This document shows positions 9,276 through 17,986 of a stretch of 64,000 nucleotides of DNA, in pieces. This stretch comes from Dehalococcoidia bacterium. Lineage in GTDB: Bacteria; Chloroflexota; Dehalococcoidia; Lucifugimonadales; Australimonadaceae. Under the pieces are notes generated by a model, which was not told the origin of the DNA, searched no databases, and saw only the letters and a list, made by a program, of their open reading frames with translations. Position numbers and translations under genes: made by a program. The stretch covers positions 6,337-70,336 of the forward strand of contig CAUZFB010000007.1 of assembly GCA_963579135.1 (NCBI GenBank), given 5' to 3'. Within the stretch, counting starts at the first letter, position 1. Each line of letters starts with the position of its first letter.

Positions 9276-10556
9276 ATGCTCACTGCCGAGCAAAATACCC
9301 GGATCACGCAGACCGGGGCTGACACGCCGATGGGTCAGCTGCTGCGTAGGTATTGGCACCCCCTCGCGCCGAGCGGCGAGCTCAACGAGGAGAACCCTAC
9401 CAAAGAGGTCCGCCTATTGAGCGAGAACCTGGTTCTCTTCCGCAGCACTGCCGGCAAGGTCGGCCTGATCGAGCCTTCGTGTCCACACCGCAAAGCGAAC
9501 CTCTCCTATGGCGTGCCCGAGCCTGAAGGCATCCGGTGCGCCTACCACGGTTGGCTGTTTGACGAGACGGGCGCCTGCGTGGACCAACCGTCGGAGCCTG
9601 CCGGCAGTCGCTTCAAGGACAAGGTCAAGATTAAGGCGTACCCCGTACAAGAGTTCGCAGGTCTTGTATGGGCGTACCTGGGGCCTGAGCCCGCCCCGAT
9701 CCTTCCCAAGTGGGACGCTTTCACCTGGGAAGAGGCCTGGCGGGACATGTACTACTGCATCCTGCCGTGCAACTGGCTCCAGTGCCAGGAGAATTCTCTG
9801 GACCCCGTTCACTTCGAGTGGCTCCACCGCTACTGGGGTGGCTGGGTGCAGAACAAGCGTCTCCCTGAAGATGAGCGCGCCGTCTGGAACACGCAGACGC
9901 TTCCTCGCGGTCGCCACCAGGTGAAGGTAGGGTTCGATCGCTTCGACTACGGGATCATCAAGCGCCGCCTGCTACAGGGGGAATCCGAGGAGGACGAGTG
10001 GTGGAGGATTGGCCACCCAATCATCTTCCCGAACCTCCTGAGGGTCGGCGAAGCGCACCCGACCGAGGCAGGGTGGGTTCACGCGTTCCAGATGCGCGTG
10101 CCGATAGACGACACACACACGTTGCATATCGTGCATCGCAATTTCCTGCCGCGTCCGGGTGTCACCTACCCCAAGCAGGAGCAATCGCAGATTCCCTGGG
10201 AGCAACGTCCAACGTTCGATGACGCGGGCAAACCGCTCAACACTTGGGTGGTTGGCCAGGACCAGAGCGCTTGGATCACTCAAGGCGAGGTATCCGACCG
10301 ATCAACCGAAGCCCTGGGCGTTACCGACGTGGGGATCATCATGTTTCGTAACCTGATCGAGGAGCAGATTCGTATCGTCGAAGAGGGTGGCGAGCCGATG
10401 AACGTGCATCGAAAGGACGAGGGCCCCATCAGTCTCCCGCAGGAATATTCCTACTACCCTGGCTACGACGTCACGGGAGGCCCGTTCGGCGATCAACCCA
10501 ACCCGGAACCGGATCTCGTAGCGCGTCTGTCCGACGAGGCAGGGATATCGCTCTAG
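9276..10556 (+). CDS. Rieske non-heme-iron oxygenase alpha subunit, paralog 2
   Basis: CPHRKANLSYG...CAYHGW Rieske motif and QENSLDPVHFEWLH Fe motif. SD-like GGGGGAGAG lies before the ATG. Confidence 0.95.
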   Translation: MLTAEQNTRITQTGADTPMGQLLRRYWHPLAPSGELNEENPTKEVRLLSENLVLFRSTAGKVGLIEPSCPHRKANLSYGVPEPEGIRCAYHGWLFDETGACVDQPSEPAGSRFKDKVKIKAYPVQEFAGLVWAYLGPEPAPILPKWDAFTWEEAWRDMYYCILPCNWLQCQENSLDPVHFEWLHRYWGGWVQNKRLPEDERAVWNTQTLPRGRHQVKVGFDRFDYGIIKRRLLQGESEEDEWWRIGHPIIFPNLLRVGEAHPTEAGWVHAFQMRVPIDDTHTLHIVHRNFLPRPGVTYPKQEQSQIPWEQRPTFDDAGKPLNTWVVGQDQSAWITQGEVSDRSTEALGVTDVGIIMFRNLIEEQIRIVEEGGEPMNVHRKDEGPISLPQEYSYYPGYDVTGGPFGDQPNPEPDLVARLSDEAGISL

Positions 10557-10662
10557 CAACGAGACGCATCACTAAAGCCATCGCGCCGAAAGGCGTAGGC
10601 GTGGTTTGCTCGTGGTGCTATGATTCGGCGGCTGTTCAAGAACCATCGAGAAGAGGCCTCCT

Positions 10663-11904
10663 ATGCTGACCCAAGCACAGAATGACCGCATCACTCGAGT
10701 TGCCCCCGGCACGCCCATGGGTAACCTGATGCGACGCTACTGGCACCCCGTTGCCGCTAGCGTCGAGGTGAACGAAGAGAACCCGACCAAGAAAGTACGG
10801 CTACTGGGTGAAGACCTAGTCCTCTTCCGAAGCACGAAAGGCGTGGTCGGCCTCATCGAGCCTTCCTGCCCGCACCGCAAGGCCAATCTGTCCTATGGGG
10901 TCCCGGAGCCGGAAGGTATCCGATGCGCCTACCACGGCTGGCTGTTCGACGAGACGGGCGCCTGCGTAGATCAGCCCTCTGAGCCCGCCGGTAGCCGGTT
11001 CAAGGACAAGGTCAAGATCAAGGCCTACAGGACCGAAGAGATTGGTGGCCTCATCTTTGCGTACATGGGCCCAGAGCCCGCGCCGTTGCTCCCGAATTGG
11101 GACATCCTCACGTGGACCAACGTGACGCGCACGATCAATTCGGTCGACATGCCGGCCAACTGGCTCCAGTGCATGGACAATTCACTGGACCCGGTCCACT
11201 TCCAGTGGCTGCACCGCTACTGGGGTGGATGGAACATCGCGCGGAAACTCCCCGCCGGTGAGGGTCATGACTTCGACCGCGCAACGCTGAGCCGTGGTCG
11301 CGAGCACGTCAAGGTTGGCTTCGACCGATTTGAGCACGGCATCGTGAAGCGCCGCCTGCTGGAAGGTGAGACCGAAGACGACCAGTGGTGGCGCATCGGC
11401 CACCCCATCCTCTTCCCCAACATCCTTCGCGTGGCGCAGGACCGCTGGCATTCCTTCCAGTATCGCATCCCGATTGACGACACCCATACGAAGCACATGC
11501 TCTACACAGTGGTCGTGCCTGAGCCAGGCGTCACGGTCGCCGAACAAGAGTTCGTGCCGTACGTGGAGCGCGAGCTTTACGACGAGAAGGGCCGCCTGAA
11601 CAACATGATCGTTCCTGCGCAGGACGAGGCGGCCTGGGTGATGCAAGGCCCTATCACGGATCGAACCACCGAGCACTTGGGCGTCACGGACGTGGGTATC
11701 ATCCTGTTCCGCAAGATGATCAATGAGAACCTGCAGATCGTTGAGGATGGTGGAGAGCCAATAAACGTGCACCGCGATCCCGAAAAGAACGTCGCCATGA
11801 TGCTGGCAACCGAGCACACGTACTATCCAGGAGACGACTTCACCGGCGGTCCATTCGCCGATAAGCCGCTCGTGCCACCCCAGGTTGAAGCGAGCATGCA
11901 GTAG
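10663..11904 (+). CDS. Rieske non-heme-iron oxygenase alpha subunit, paralog 3
   Basis: Same Rieske block as paralog 2, with Fe motif MDNSLDPVHFQWLH. Confidence 0.95.
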   Translation: MLTQAQNDRITRVAPGTPMGNLMRRYWHPVAASVEVNEENPTKKVRLLGEDLVLFRSTKGVVGLIEPSCPHRKANLSYGVPEPEGIRCAYHGWLFDETGACVDQPSEPAGSRFKDKVKIKAYRTEEIGGLIFAYMGPEPAPLLPNWDILTWTNVTRTINSVDMPANWLQCMDNSLDPVHFQWLHRYWGGWNIARKLPAGEGHDFDRATLSRGREHVKVGFDRFEHGIVKRRLLEGETEDDQWWRIGHPILFPNILRVAQDRWHSFQYRIPIDDTHTKHMLYTVVVPEPGVTVAEQEFVPYVERELYDEKGRLNNMIVPAQDEAAWVMQGPITDRTTEHLGVTDVGIILFRKMINENLQIVEDGGEPINVHRDPEKNVAMMLATEHTYYPGDDFTGGPFADKPLVPPQVEASMQ

Positions 11905-11943
11905 AAGCCAAGGCCCCTTCAGCGAGCAATCTAGGAGGAACAG

Positions 11944-13212
11944 ATGCTATCCGCAGCGCAGAATGAGCGATTGACCCAAACCAGCAAGGGCACCCCCATG
12001 GGCGAACTGCTGCGCCGCTATTGGCACCCCGTCGCCGGCAGCATCGAGCTCAACGAAGAGAACCCCACCAAGGAGATTCGGCTGCTGGCCGAAGACCTGG
12101 TGCTGTTCCGGAGCACAAAAGGCGTTGTTGGACTCATCGAACCCTCCTGCGCTCACCGCAAGGCGAACCTCTCCTACGGCGTTCCGGAACCGGAAGGCAT
12201 CCGATGCGCTTACCACGGATGGCTGTTCGACGAGACGGGCGCTTGCGTGGACCAACCCTCTGAGCCCGCGGGCAGCCGGTTCAAAGAAAAGGTACAGCTG
12301 AAGGCGTACCCGGTCGAAGAGCTGGGCGGCGTGATCTGGGCGTACCTGGGGCCCTCCCCTGCCCCAGTCCTGCCACGCTGGGACATCCTGACGTGGGAAG
12401 GGGTCGAAAAGTTCATCGTTTCCATGGAACTGCCGTGCAACTGGCTCCAGTGCATGGACAACTCTCTGGACCCGGTCCACTTCGAGTGGCTTCATAATTA
12501 CTGGGGCTCCTACGTCATGGGTCAGGAAAAGCCCGCGGAAGAGCGGGAGGAGTGGAAGCTGCGCATGCAGTCGGAGAACGCACGCGGCCGGCACGAGGTG
12601 AAGGTCGGCTTCGACCGATTCGAGTACGGTGTCATCAAGCGCCGGCTGCTCGAAAACGACACAGAGGATAACGAGTGGTGGAGGATCGGGCACCCAGTGC
12701 TGTTCCCCAACACGCTGAGGGTCGGCCAGGGCCGCAGCTTCAGCTTCCAGATTCGCGTGCCGATGGACGACACACACACGCACCATTTCGTGTACCGCGT
12801 TCGCGTGCCGAACCCAGGTGAGGTTTTGCCCGAGCAGGGTCCGATTCGCGTTGATTTCGAGAACGTTTACAAGCCCAACGGCAGGATTCGCGCCGACTGG
12901 GTGCTGGGTCAGGACCAGTCAGCGTGGATTATCCAGGGGCCGATCACGGATCGCACAGACGAGCACTTGGGCGCCACGGACGTGGGGATCATTCTGTACC
13001 GCAAGCTAATCAACGAGCAGCTGAAAATCATGGAGGACGGTGGCGACCCGATCAACGTGCACCGCACGGACAAGGGTCCGATCTTCCTGCAGCAGGAGCA
13101 TTCGTTCTACCCCGGCTACACAGAGACGGGCGGTCCGTTCCGGGACATGCCGGTCACGGCGCCGGACGTGGAGATGGAGTTGGCCGAGAAGATATCTGCG
13201 GACTTCGCGTAA
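11944..13212 (+). CDS. Rieske non-heme-iron oxygenase alpha subunit, paralog 4
   Basis: CAHRKANLSYG...CAYHGW (Ala instead of Pro after the first Cys) and Fe motif MDNSLDPVHFEWLH. AGGAGG SD lies before the ATG. Confidence 0.95.
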   Translation: MLSAAQNERLTQTSKGTPMGELLRRYWHPVAGSIELNEENPTKEIRLLAEDLVLFRSTKGVVGLIEPSCAHRKANLSYGVPEPEGIRCAYHGWLFDETGACVDQPSEPAGSRFKEKVQLKAYPVEELGGVIWAYLGPSPAPVLPRWDILTWEGVEKFIVSMELPCNWLQCMDNSLDPVHFEWLHNYWGSYVMGQEKPAEEREEWKLRMQSENARGRHEVKVGFDRFEYGVIKRRLLENDTEDNEWWRIGHPVLFPNTLRVGQGRSFSFQIRVPMDDTHTHHFVYRVRVPNPGEVLPEQGPIRVDFENVYKPNGRIRADWVLGQDQSAWIIQGPITDRTDEHLGATDVGIILYRKLINEQLKIMEDGGDPINVHRTDKGPIFLQQEHSFYPGYTETGGPFRDMPVTAPDVEMELAEKISADFA

Positions 13213-13236
13213 GCCCGCAGGAGATCATTCGTACTA

Positions 13237-13269
13237 AAGAGCCCTCGCTGAGATCAGCGGGGGCTCTTT
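13237..13269 (+). terminator. intrinsic terminator after the Rieske triplet
   Basis: AAAGAGCCCTCGCTG / AGAT loop / CAGCGGGGGCTCTTT hairpin (one mismatch) followed by TTTG. It starts 25 nt after the TAA at 13210-13212. Confidence 0.7.
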
Positions 13270-13398
13270 TTGTATGTGGTTTTGGTCGGTGCCACTGATG
13301 GATAGAACGACGACTGTCATTCTTAACACCTTGGGGGCAGGTGAGAGGTTCTTCGAGTCCACTGCGCTACTCTCAGGAAACAGAAGGGAGGGAGAAGG

Positions 13399-13800
13399 TT
13401 AGCGGTTGGACGCGAGGTTGGAGGTGGTGGTGACAGGGGTGATGACCATGAGGGTTCGCCCTTGGTCCTGCATGACCTGCGCGAAGTTTTCGGGGAGCTC
13501 GTCGCGGAAGGTGCTCCAGATGCGGCGGCTGGTCTCGACGAGGTCGTGATCGGTGATGACGGCTGTGCCTTGGACTTGGACGTGCTTGAACGGTTGGGTC
13601 TCGGCGAGTACGACCGCGTTCACGCGGGCGTCGCGGCCAGCGTTCAGGGTCTTCTTGCGCGTCTTGGTTACGGAGATGTAGAGCTTGCCACCTTCGTAGA
13701 TGTAGTAGACGGGAGTCGACTGTGGTGCACCATCCTTACGGATCGTGGATACGACGCAGAAGCGATGATCCTGCAGGAATTGTTCTTCTTCGGGTGTCAT
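13399..13800 (-). CDS. pyridoxamine 5'-phosphate oxidase (PPOX)-class flavin/F420-binding protein
   Basis: 133 aa. MTPEEEQFLQDHRFCVVSTIRKDGAPQSTPVYYIYEGGKLYISVTKTRKKTLN... is the typical split-barrel PPOX-class pattern. Confidence 0.85.
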   Translation of the reverse strand: MTPEEEQFLQDHRFCVVSTIRKDGAPQSTPVYYIYEGGKLYISVTKTRKKTLNAGRDARVNAVVLAETQPFKHVQVQGTAVITDHDLVETSRRIWSTFRDELPENFAQVMQDQGRTLMVITPVTTTSNLASNR

Positions 13801-13872
13801 GGCGGTGATTTCCTCTCAAGGTAATTGCCTGGATGCTACCACGCACTCGGCGATGGGCATCCGTAATAGAAG

Positions 13873-13901
13873 GAGGCCTCGCTGGCAACCAGCGAGGCCT
13901 C
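13873..13901 (-). terminator. hairpin downstream of Gfo/Idh/MocA gene
   Basis: GAGGCCTCGCTGG / CAA / CCAGCGAGGCCTC, a perfect 13-bp stem, 46 nt after the stop at 13947. The U-tract is weak on both strands. Confidence 0.55.
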
Positions 13902-13946
13902 GTTTGGTCTGACGTATCGCGCTCGGCGCGCGAGGGTCGGGTTCAA

Positions 13947-15188
13947 CTAGACGGCGTCGTAGTCGTCGGAGATCGAGACCTGGTGAGAGAGGACGACGTC
14001 CTTGCCAGTCTTCGACGATTCCATGATGCCGGTGATGAGCTCGAGCGTGGCCATGCCCCAGGCACCATCGTGGTAGACGGGGGCGTCGTTCCTAATGGCG
14101 TTGTACAACTCCAGGAGGTCCTCGCGGCCCGCTTGGTAGCGCGTGACTTCGAGGCCGCGATCCTCGACCCCATCATCCTTGTACACGTACAGGCCGTACT
14201 TGGACTGACGGATGTCGCCTCTTTCGCACGAGGCGACCAGGATGCCGAGGTTCGCGGGACGCCAGGGGGGCGCTTCTTTGGGAGTTTCGCGCCACATGCG
14301 ACGTTCGTGGTCGGAGCCGATGCGCAGGGCGTCTTTGGCCGCGAACTCGTCGCGGTTGCCCTCCTTGAGATCTTTGCGGATCTGGACGCGGTCGTCGTGG
14401 GTGTAGCCCTCGATGAGCCCACGTCCTTGCTCGTCTGACCAGGGGACGAGGTCAGCCGTCATGGAGTAGCCATAGCCGTTATTCGTTACGTTGGCTGTGA
14501 CGCCACTCTCAAATTCCATAAAAGCTGAGTAGTAGCCGACGCCTGGGCGCTCGGGCCACCACTTACCCGTGGTGCCGCGGATGGTCCGCACCATGCCACC
14601 GCCAAGGAGGCGGAGGCTGTCAAGCTGGTGGGGGCCTTGGCGGTAAAGGACGCCGCCGCCGACTGTCTCATCGAGCTCTTCCGGCTGGCGGGCTTGGAGC
14701 ATCCAGTCGGTGAACGCCCAGTTGTTGAGCGTTTTGAGAGGCCCCAACTCGCCAGAAAGGATGATGCGACGCATCTGCATGACAGGGGGGCTAAAACCGA
14801 GCGTGTGGCCGCACAGGAGCTTCACTCCATTGCGGTCCGCCGCTTCAACCATCGCCTCTGCCTCTTGCATGGAGAGTGCCATGGGTTTCTCGGAAACGAC
14901 GTGCTTGCCGGAGTTGGCGACCATGACCGTGTGAGGGCTGTGGAAATTGTTGGGCGTGGCCACCCAAACGGCCTCCACGTCAGGATCAGCGCAGAGCGCC
15001 TCTGCGCTCTCGAAAACTTTTGCGTCAGGATAGCGTTCCTTGAATGCTTCGCGGACACGCGGGTTCGTGTCGGCGCCCGCCATGAGTTCGATCTCGTCCA
15101 TCGCTTCCATGTTGGGCATAATCTGCGTCGCGCCAACGCCAACGCCGATTATCCCCATCTTCAGGGGCTTCTTGCCACCCGTGGTCAT
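13947..15188 (-). CDS. Gfo/Idh/MocA-family NAD(P)-dependent oxidoreductase
   Basis: N-terminal Rossmann KMGIIGVGVGATQIMP and EKPMALS motif; 413 aa. Confidence 0.9.
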   Translation of the reverse strand: MTTGGKKPLKMGIIGVGVGATQIMPNMEAMDEIELMAGADTNPRVREAFKERYPDAKVFESAEALCADPDVEAVWVATPNNFHSPHTVMVANSGKHVVSEKPMALSMQEAEAMVEAADRNGVKLLCGHTLGFSPPVMQMRRIILSGELGPLKTLNNWAFTDWMLQARQPEELDETVGGGVLYRQGPHQLDSLRLLGGGMVRTIRGTTGKWWPERPGVGYYSAFMEFESGVTANVTNNGYGYSMTADLVPWSDEQGRGLIEGYTHDDRVQIRKDLKEGNRDEFAAKDALRIGSDHERRMWRETPKEAPPWRPANLGILVASCERGDIRQSKYGLYVYKDDGVEDRGLEVTRYQAGREDLLELYNAIRNDAPVYHDGAWGMATLELITGIMESSKTGKDVVLSHQVSISDDYDAV

Positions 15189-15208
15189 AGTCGTGTCTCC
15201 CTAGGCCG

Positions 15209-16288
15209 TTAGCCGATGGTTCCTGTGATCTCTTGGCGGTCGACGTGGTGCTCCTGGAACAACAGCATCGTCTCAAGCAGCGGGAGGTCGCTCATGGAGA
15301 AGAGCACAGCGTCTTCAGACATGGAGTCGTTGATGTGCTCATGGGTGTTCATGGAGGGCACAACGAACGTGTCGCCGAATCCCCAGTCGAGCTTCTTGCC
15401 GTCGATGATGGTCGAGCCGCTGCCCTTAGCCACGTTGTAGACGACTGAGCTCGTGTGCTTGTGGGCATCGGAGTGGAATCCGGGGCGCAACTGTTGCAGC
15501 TTGCACGCGAGGGTCGGCATGGTATGCCCGCCCGTGGTGGGGTTCGTGTACTCCATGATGATGCCGTCGTATCGGGAGCCTTCGTCCATCCCCGTCAACG
15601 CGGCGTAGGCGTCGGCCCACTTGTAGTTGAGGGGCAAGGCGCGCCCGGTAACTTCGGAACTCACGTTGCGCATCATGCCCCCGCCGATGCTTGCGTTGGT
15701 GTAGCCGTCGGGCTTGGTGATTGGCTGCACGTCTTCAGGGAACGGCTCCTGGAACATACCGTCGAAGAAACCGACCATGGGTGCGTCCAGGCAGTCGAGC
15801 CAGATGACGGGCTCATCGGCCGGGTTTTTGTGATCGTGCCACACCCAGCTGGGAGTGAGGTTGAGGTCTCCGGGCTCCATCTCGAACTGCTCACCATCCT
15901 GGACGGTGAAGGCACCGGAGCCCTCGATGACCCACCGAATGGCCGCTGCGGTGTGACGATGAGCCTCTGCGATCTCGCCAGGCCACACGATCTGGATGGC
16001 GGAGGACATCGTCTTGGTCGAGGAGGGCGCTTCCATGCCACTGGACTTGAGCCCGGGGTTCTGCATGAGCAGGGCGCGTCGGTAACCTTGACCCTTGAGG
16101 CGTTCGAGACGACCCGCTTCGTAGGCGAGCTCGCGCATCTCCTTCCAGCGCCACACCCAGGGGGACGCCTTCGGGGGGCGGCGAGTACCGTCGCGGTGGA
16201 AGGCCCAAAGCGGGTAGCTGTCGACCTTGCTCAGTCGCTCCATGTACTCTTTTTCTTCGCTGATCGCTGCTTCGTTCTCGGTAGTCAT
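15209..16288 (-). CDS. gentisate 1,2-dioxygenase-like bicupin ring-cleavage dioxygenase
   Basis: Bicupin with PGEIAEAHRHTAAAIRWVIEGSGAFT...WVWHDH and a second cupin HSDAHKHTSSVVYNVAKGSG. ATG 16286-16288 has AGGAGG 5 nt upstream. Confidence 0.88.
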   Translation of the reverse strand: MTTENEAAISEEKEYMERLSKVDSYPLWAFHRDGTRRPPKASPWVWRWKEMRELAYEAGRLERLKGQGYRRALLMQNPGLKSSGMEAPSSTKTMSSAIQIVWPGEIAEAHRHTAAAIRWVIEGSGAFTVQDGEQFEMEPGDLNLTPSWVWHDHKNPADEPVIWLDCLDAPMVGFFDGMFQEPFPEDVQPITKPDGYTNASIGGGMMRNVSSEVTGRALPLNYKWADAYAALTGMDEGSRYDGIIMEYTNPTTGGHTMPTLACKLQQLRPGFHSDAHKHTSSVVYNVAKGSGSTIIDGKKLDWGFGDTFVVPSMNTHEHINDSMSEDAVLFSMSDLPLLETMLLFQEHHVDRQEITGTIG

Positions 16289-16317
16289 CACAACCTCCTG
16301 GTCTCGCTTCGCTTCGC

Positions 16318-17199
16318 TTAGTCGCGCTCGGGGTTCGGGCCCGTGCGTGCTTCAACCGGAACCGACATCTCACCTACGTCACTAATATGGATAGTCACCC
16401 GGTCACCGGGCTTGATCTCGCCGACGCCGTCGGGTGTACCGGTGAACAGTAGGTCACCAGGCTCGGTAGCCGCGACCCATGACATATTGGCGATCAGGTT
16501 GGGGCAATCCGTGATGAGGTCATTGGTGAACGCGTGTTGTTTCAGATCCTCGTTGACCCAGAGGCTGATCTCCAGGTCACCCGGGTCGGCGATCTCGTCG
16601 GCGGTGACGATGTAGGGACCCGTGGGAGAGAAAGTGTCGAAGGACTTGCGCTTGCTACGGTCTTCGGGGCCACGCACGGTGATGTCCAGGCCGCAGGTGT
16701 AGCCGAAGACGTAGCTGAGGCTGTCCTTCAGAGGGATAGCGCTGCCATGCTTGCCCATGACGAGAACCAGCTCCGACTCGTGGTGGATCAAACGATCCTC
16801 GTAGGGTCGCAGGATAGTGTCTTGGGGTCCTACGACGGAGCTGGGTGACTTGAGGAACATGCCAAACTCGCCGGAGTGGTGCTGCCCTGCTGCGGCCTCG
16901 GTACCACCAGCGCCGGCTGCCATCTCCGCGCGGTGTGCGTGGTAGTTGGCAGGAGCAGCGTAGACCTTGCGCGGCGCGGGCACGGGTGCCAAGAGCTTCA
17001 CGGAATCCATCGGAACCGCATCGCCGTCTTTGGCCAGTTTCTCCACCTGAGGCTTCAGGGTGTCCCAATCCTCGATGAATAGGTTCATGCGGTAGCACTG
17101 GAGAGGCCCTGGAACGTCGGGCAACACACTGGTGACGTTAACCACACCATCGTCCCTGAGAACGCCGATTTGGAAATCGTCAAAGCTAACCAATTTCAT
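16318..17199 (-). CDS. fumarylacetoacetate hydrolase (FAH)-family hydrolase/isomerase (fumaryl- or maleylpyruvate-type)
   Basis: FAH-family blocks HESELVLVMGK, GYTCGLDITVR and LLFTGTPDGVG. It lies adjacent to the gentisate-dioxygenase-like gene. Confidence 0.9.
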   Translation of the reverse strand: MKLVSFDDFQIGVLRDDGVVNVTSVLPDVPGPLQCYRMNLFIEDWDTLKPQVEKLAKDGDAVPMDSVKLLAPVPAPRKVYAAPANYHAHRAEMAAGAGGTEAAAGQHHSGEFGMFLKSPSSVVGPQDTILRPYEDRLIHHESELVLVMGKHGSAIPLKDSLSYVFGYTCGLDITVRGPEDRSKRKSFDTFSPTGPYIVTADEIADPGDLEISLWVNEDLKQHAFTNDLITDCPNLIANMSWVAATEPGDLLFTGTPDGVGEIKPGDRVTIHISDVGEMSVPVEARTGPNPERD

Positions 17200-17241
17200 A
17201 GCGTCAGTCTCCCAATTCGATCGTGGATATTCAACAAATAC

Positions 17242-17865
17242 CTAGTGCAGCGGCGAGAAAGACGAAGGCACCATGTGACGCACCAATTGGTGCACCGGGC
17301 GCTCCTCCGTGTGCGGCGGCCAGATGTCGGTTCCGACGTACTGCTTTCGGATCTCGTCACGGTGCGCCCAGTCCTTGTAAGGCCAGAGCTGGTAGAAGCG
17401 ATTGAGCTCGCCAAGGTCGCTCATGAAGAAGCCTCCGTGTGGGTAGATCGCCGCACGGCGCTCCACGGACTCGGAGAAGTGCTTCAAGACGCCGCGGGCC
17501 GCTCCCGATGGGTACGTGTACATGCGCAGCTCGTAGAGGTTGCCCCACTCGCGAGGGCCGTCCAGCGGGTCGTTGGTCTCGCCGGGGATGAGGATGTCGG
17601 AGTTCATGTTCTCCAAGAAATCCGTGATTTTTGGGGGCCAGTTGCCGCTGGGGTCATTGATTGCGGCGGCTCGCACGTCGGCTCGCTGTTGAAGCGATTC
17701 GTACCGCCACAGGTGCACGATCTGGTTCAGCGGGCCGATCTCGGTGTGCCAGAATCCCACGAGCGGGGAGTATTTGACGCGGGTCTCGATCGCCTCTTCG
17801 AAGCGTTTCTCGACCTCGGGTACTGAATTTGGTTTAACCGTGTATGTTCGAAGCTCAAACAGCAT
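17242..17865 (-). CDS. NIPSNAP-family protein (two NIPSNAP repeats)
   Basis: MLFELRTYTVKPNSVPEVEKRFEE...IVHLWRYESLQQR, with a second repeat LYELRMYTYPSG...FYQLWPYKDWAHR. GAGGAG SD lies before ATG 17863-17865. Confidence 0.85.
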   Translation of the reverse strand: MLFELRTYTVKPNSVPEVEKRFEEAIETRVKYSPLVGFWHTEIGPLNQIVHLWRYESLQQRADVRAAAINDPSGNWPPKITDFLENMNSDILIPGETNDPLDGPREWGNLYELRMYTYPSGAARGVLKHFSESVERRAAIYPHGGFFMSDLGELNRFYQLWPYKDWAHRDEIRKQYVGTDIWPPHTEERPVHQLVRHMVPSSFSPLH

Positions 17866-17986
17866 TTTTGCTCCTCTGGCGTGTGCAAATGAGTGGCAAC
17901 CTAAGATAGCTGGCGCGCGGCATCTTACCAGCGTTCGTAGGGCTGTGCGCATGCGGCCCATCAGGGTTTTTCAAGACAGAAATATG

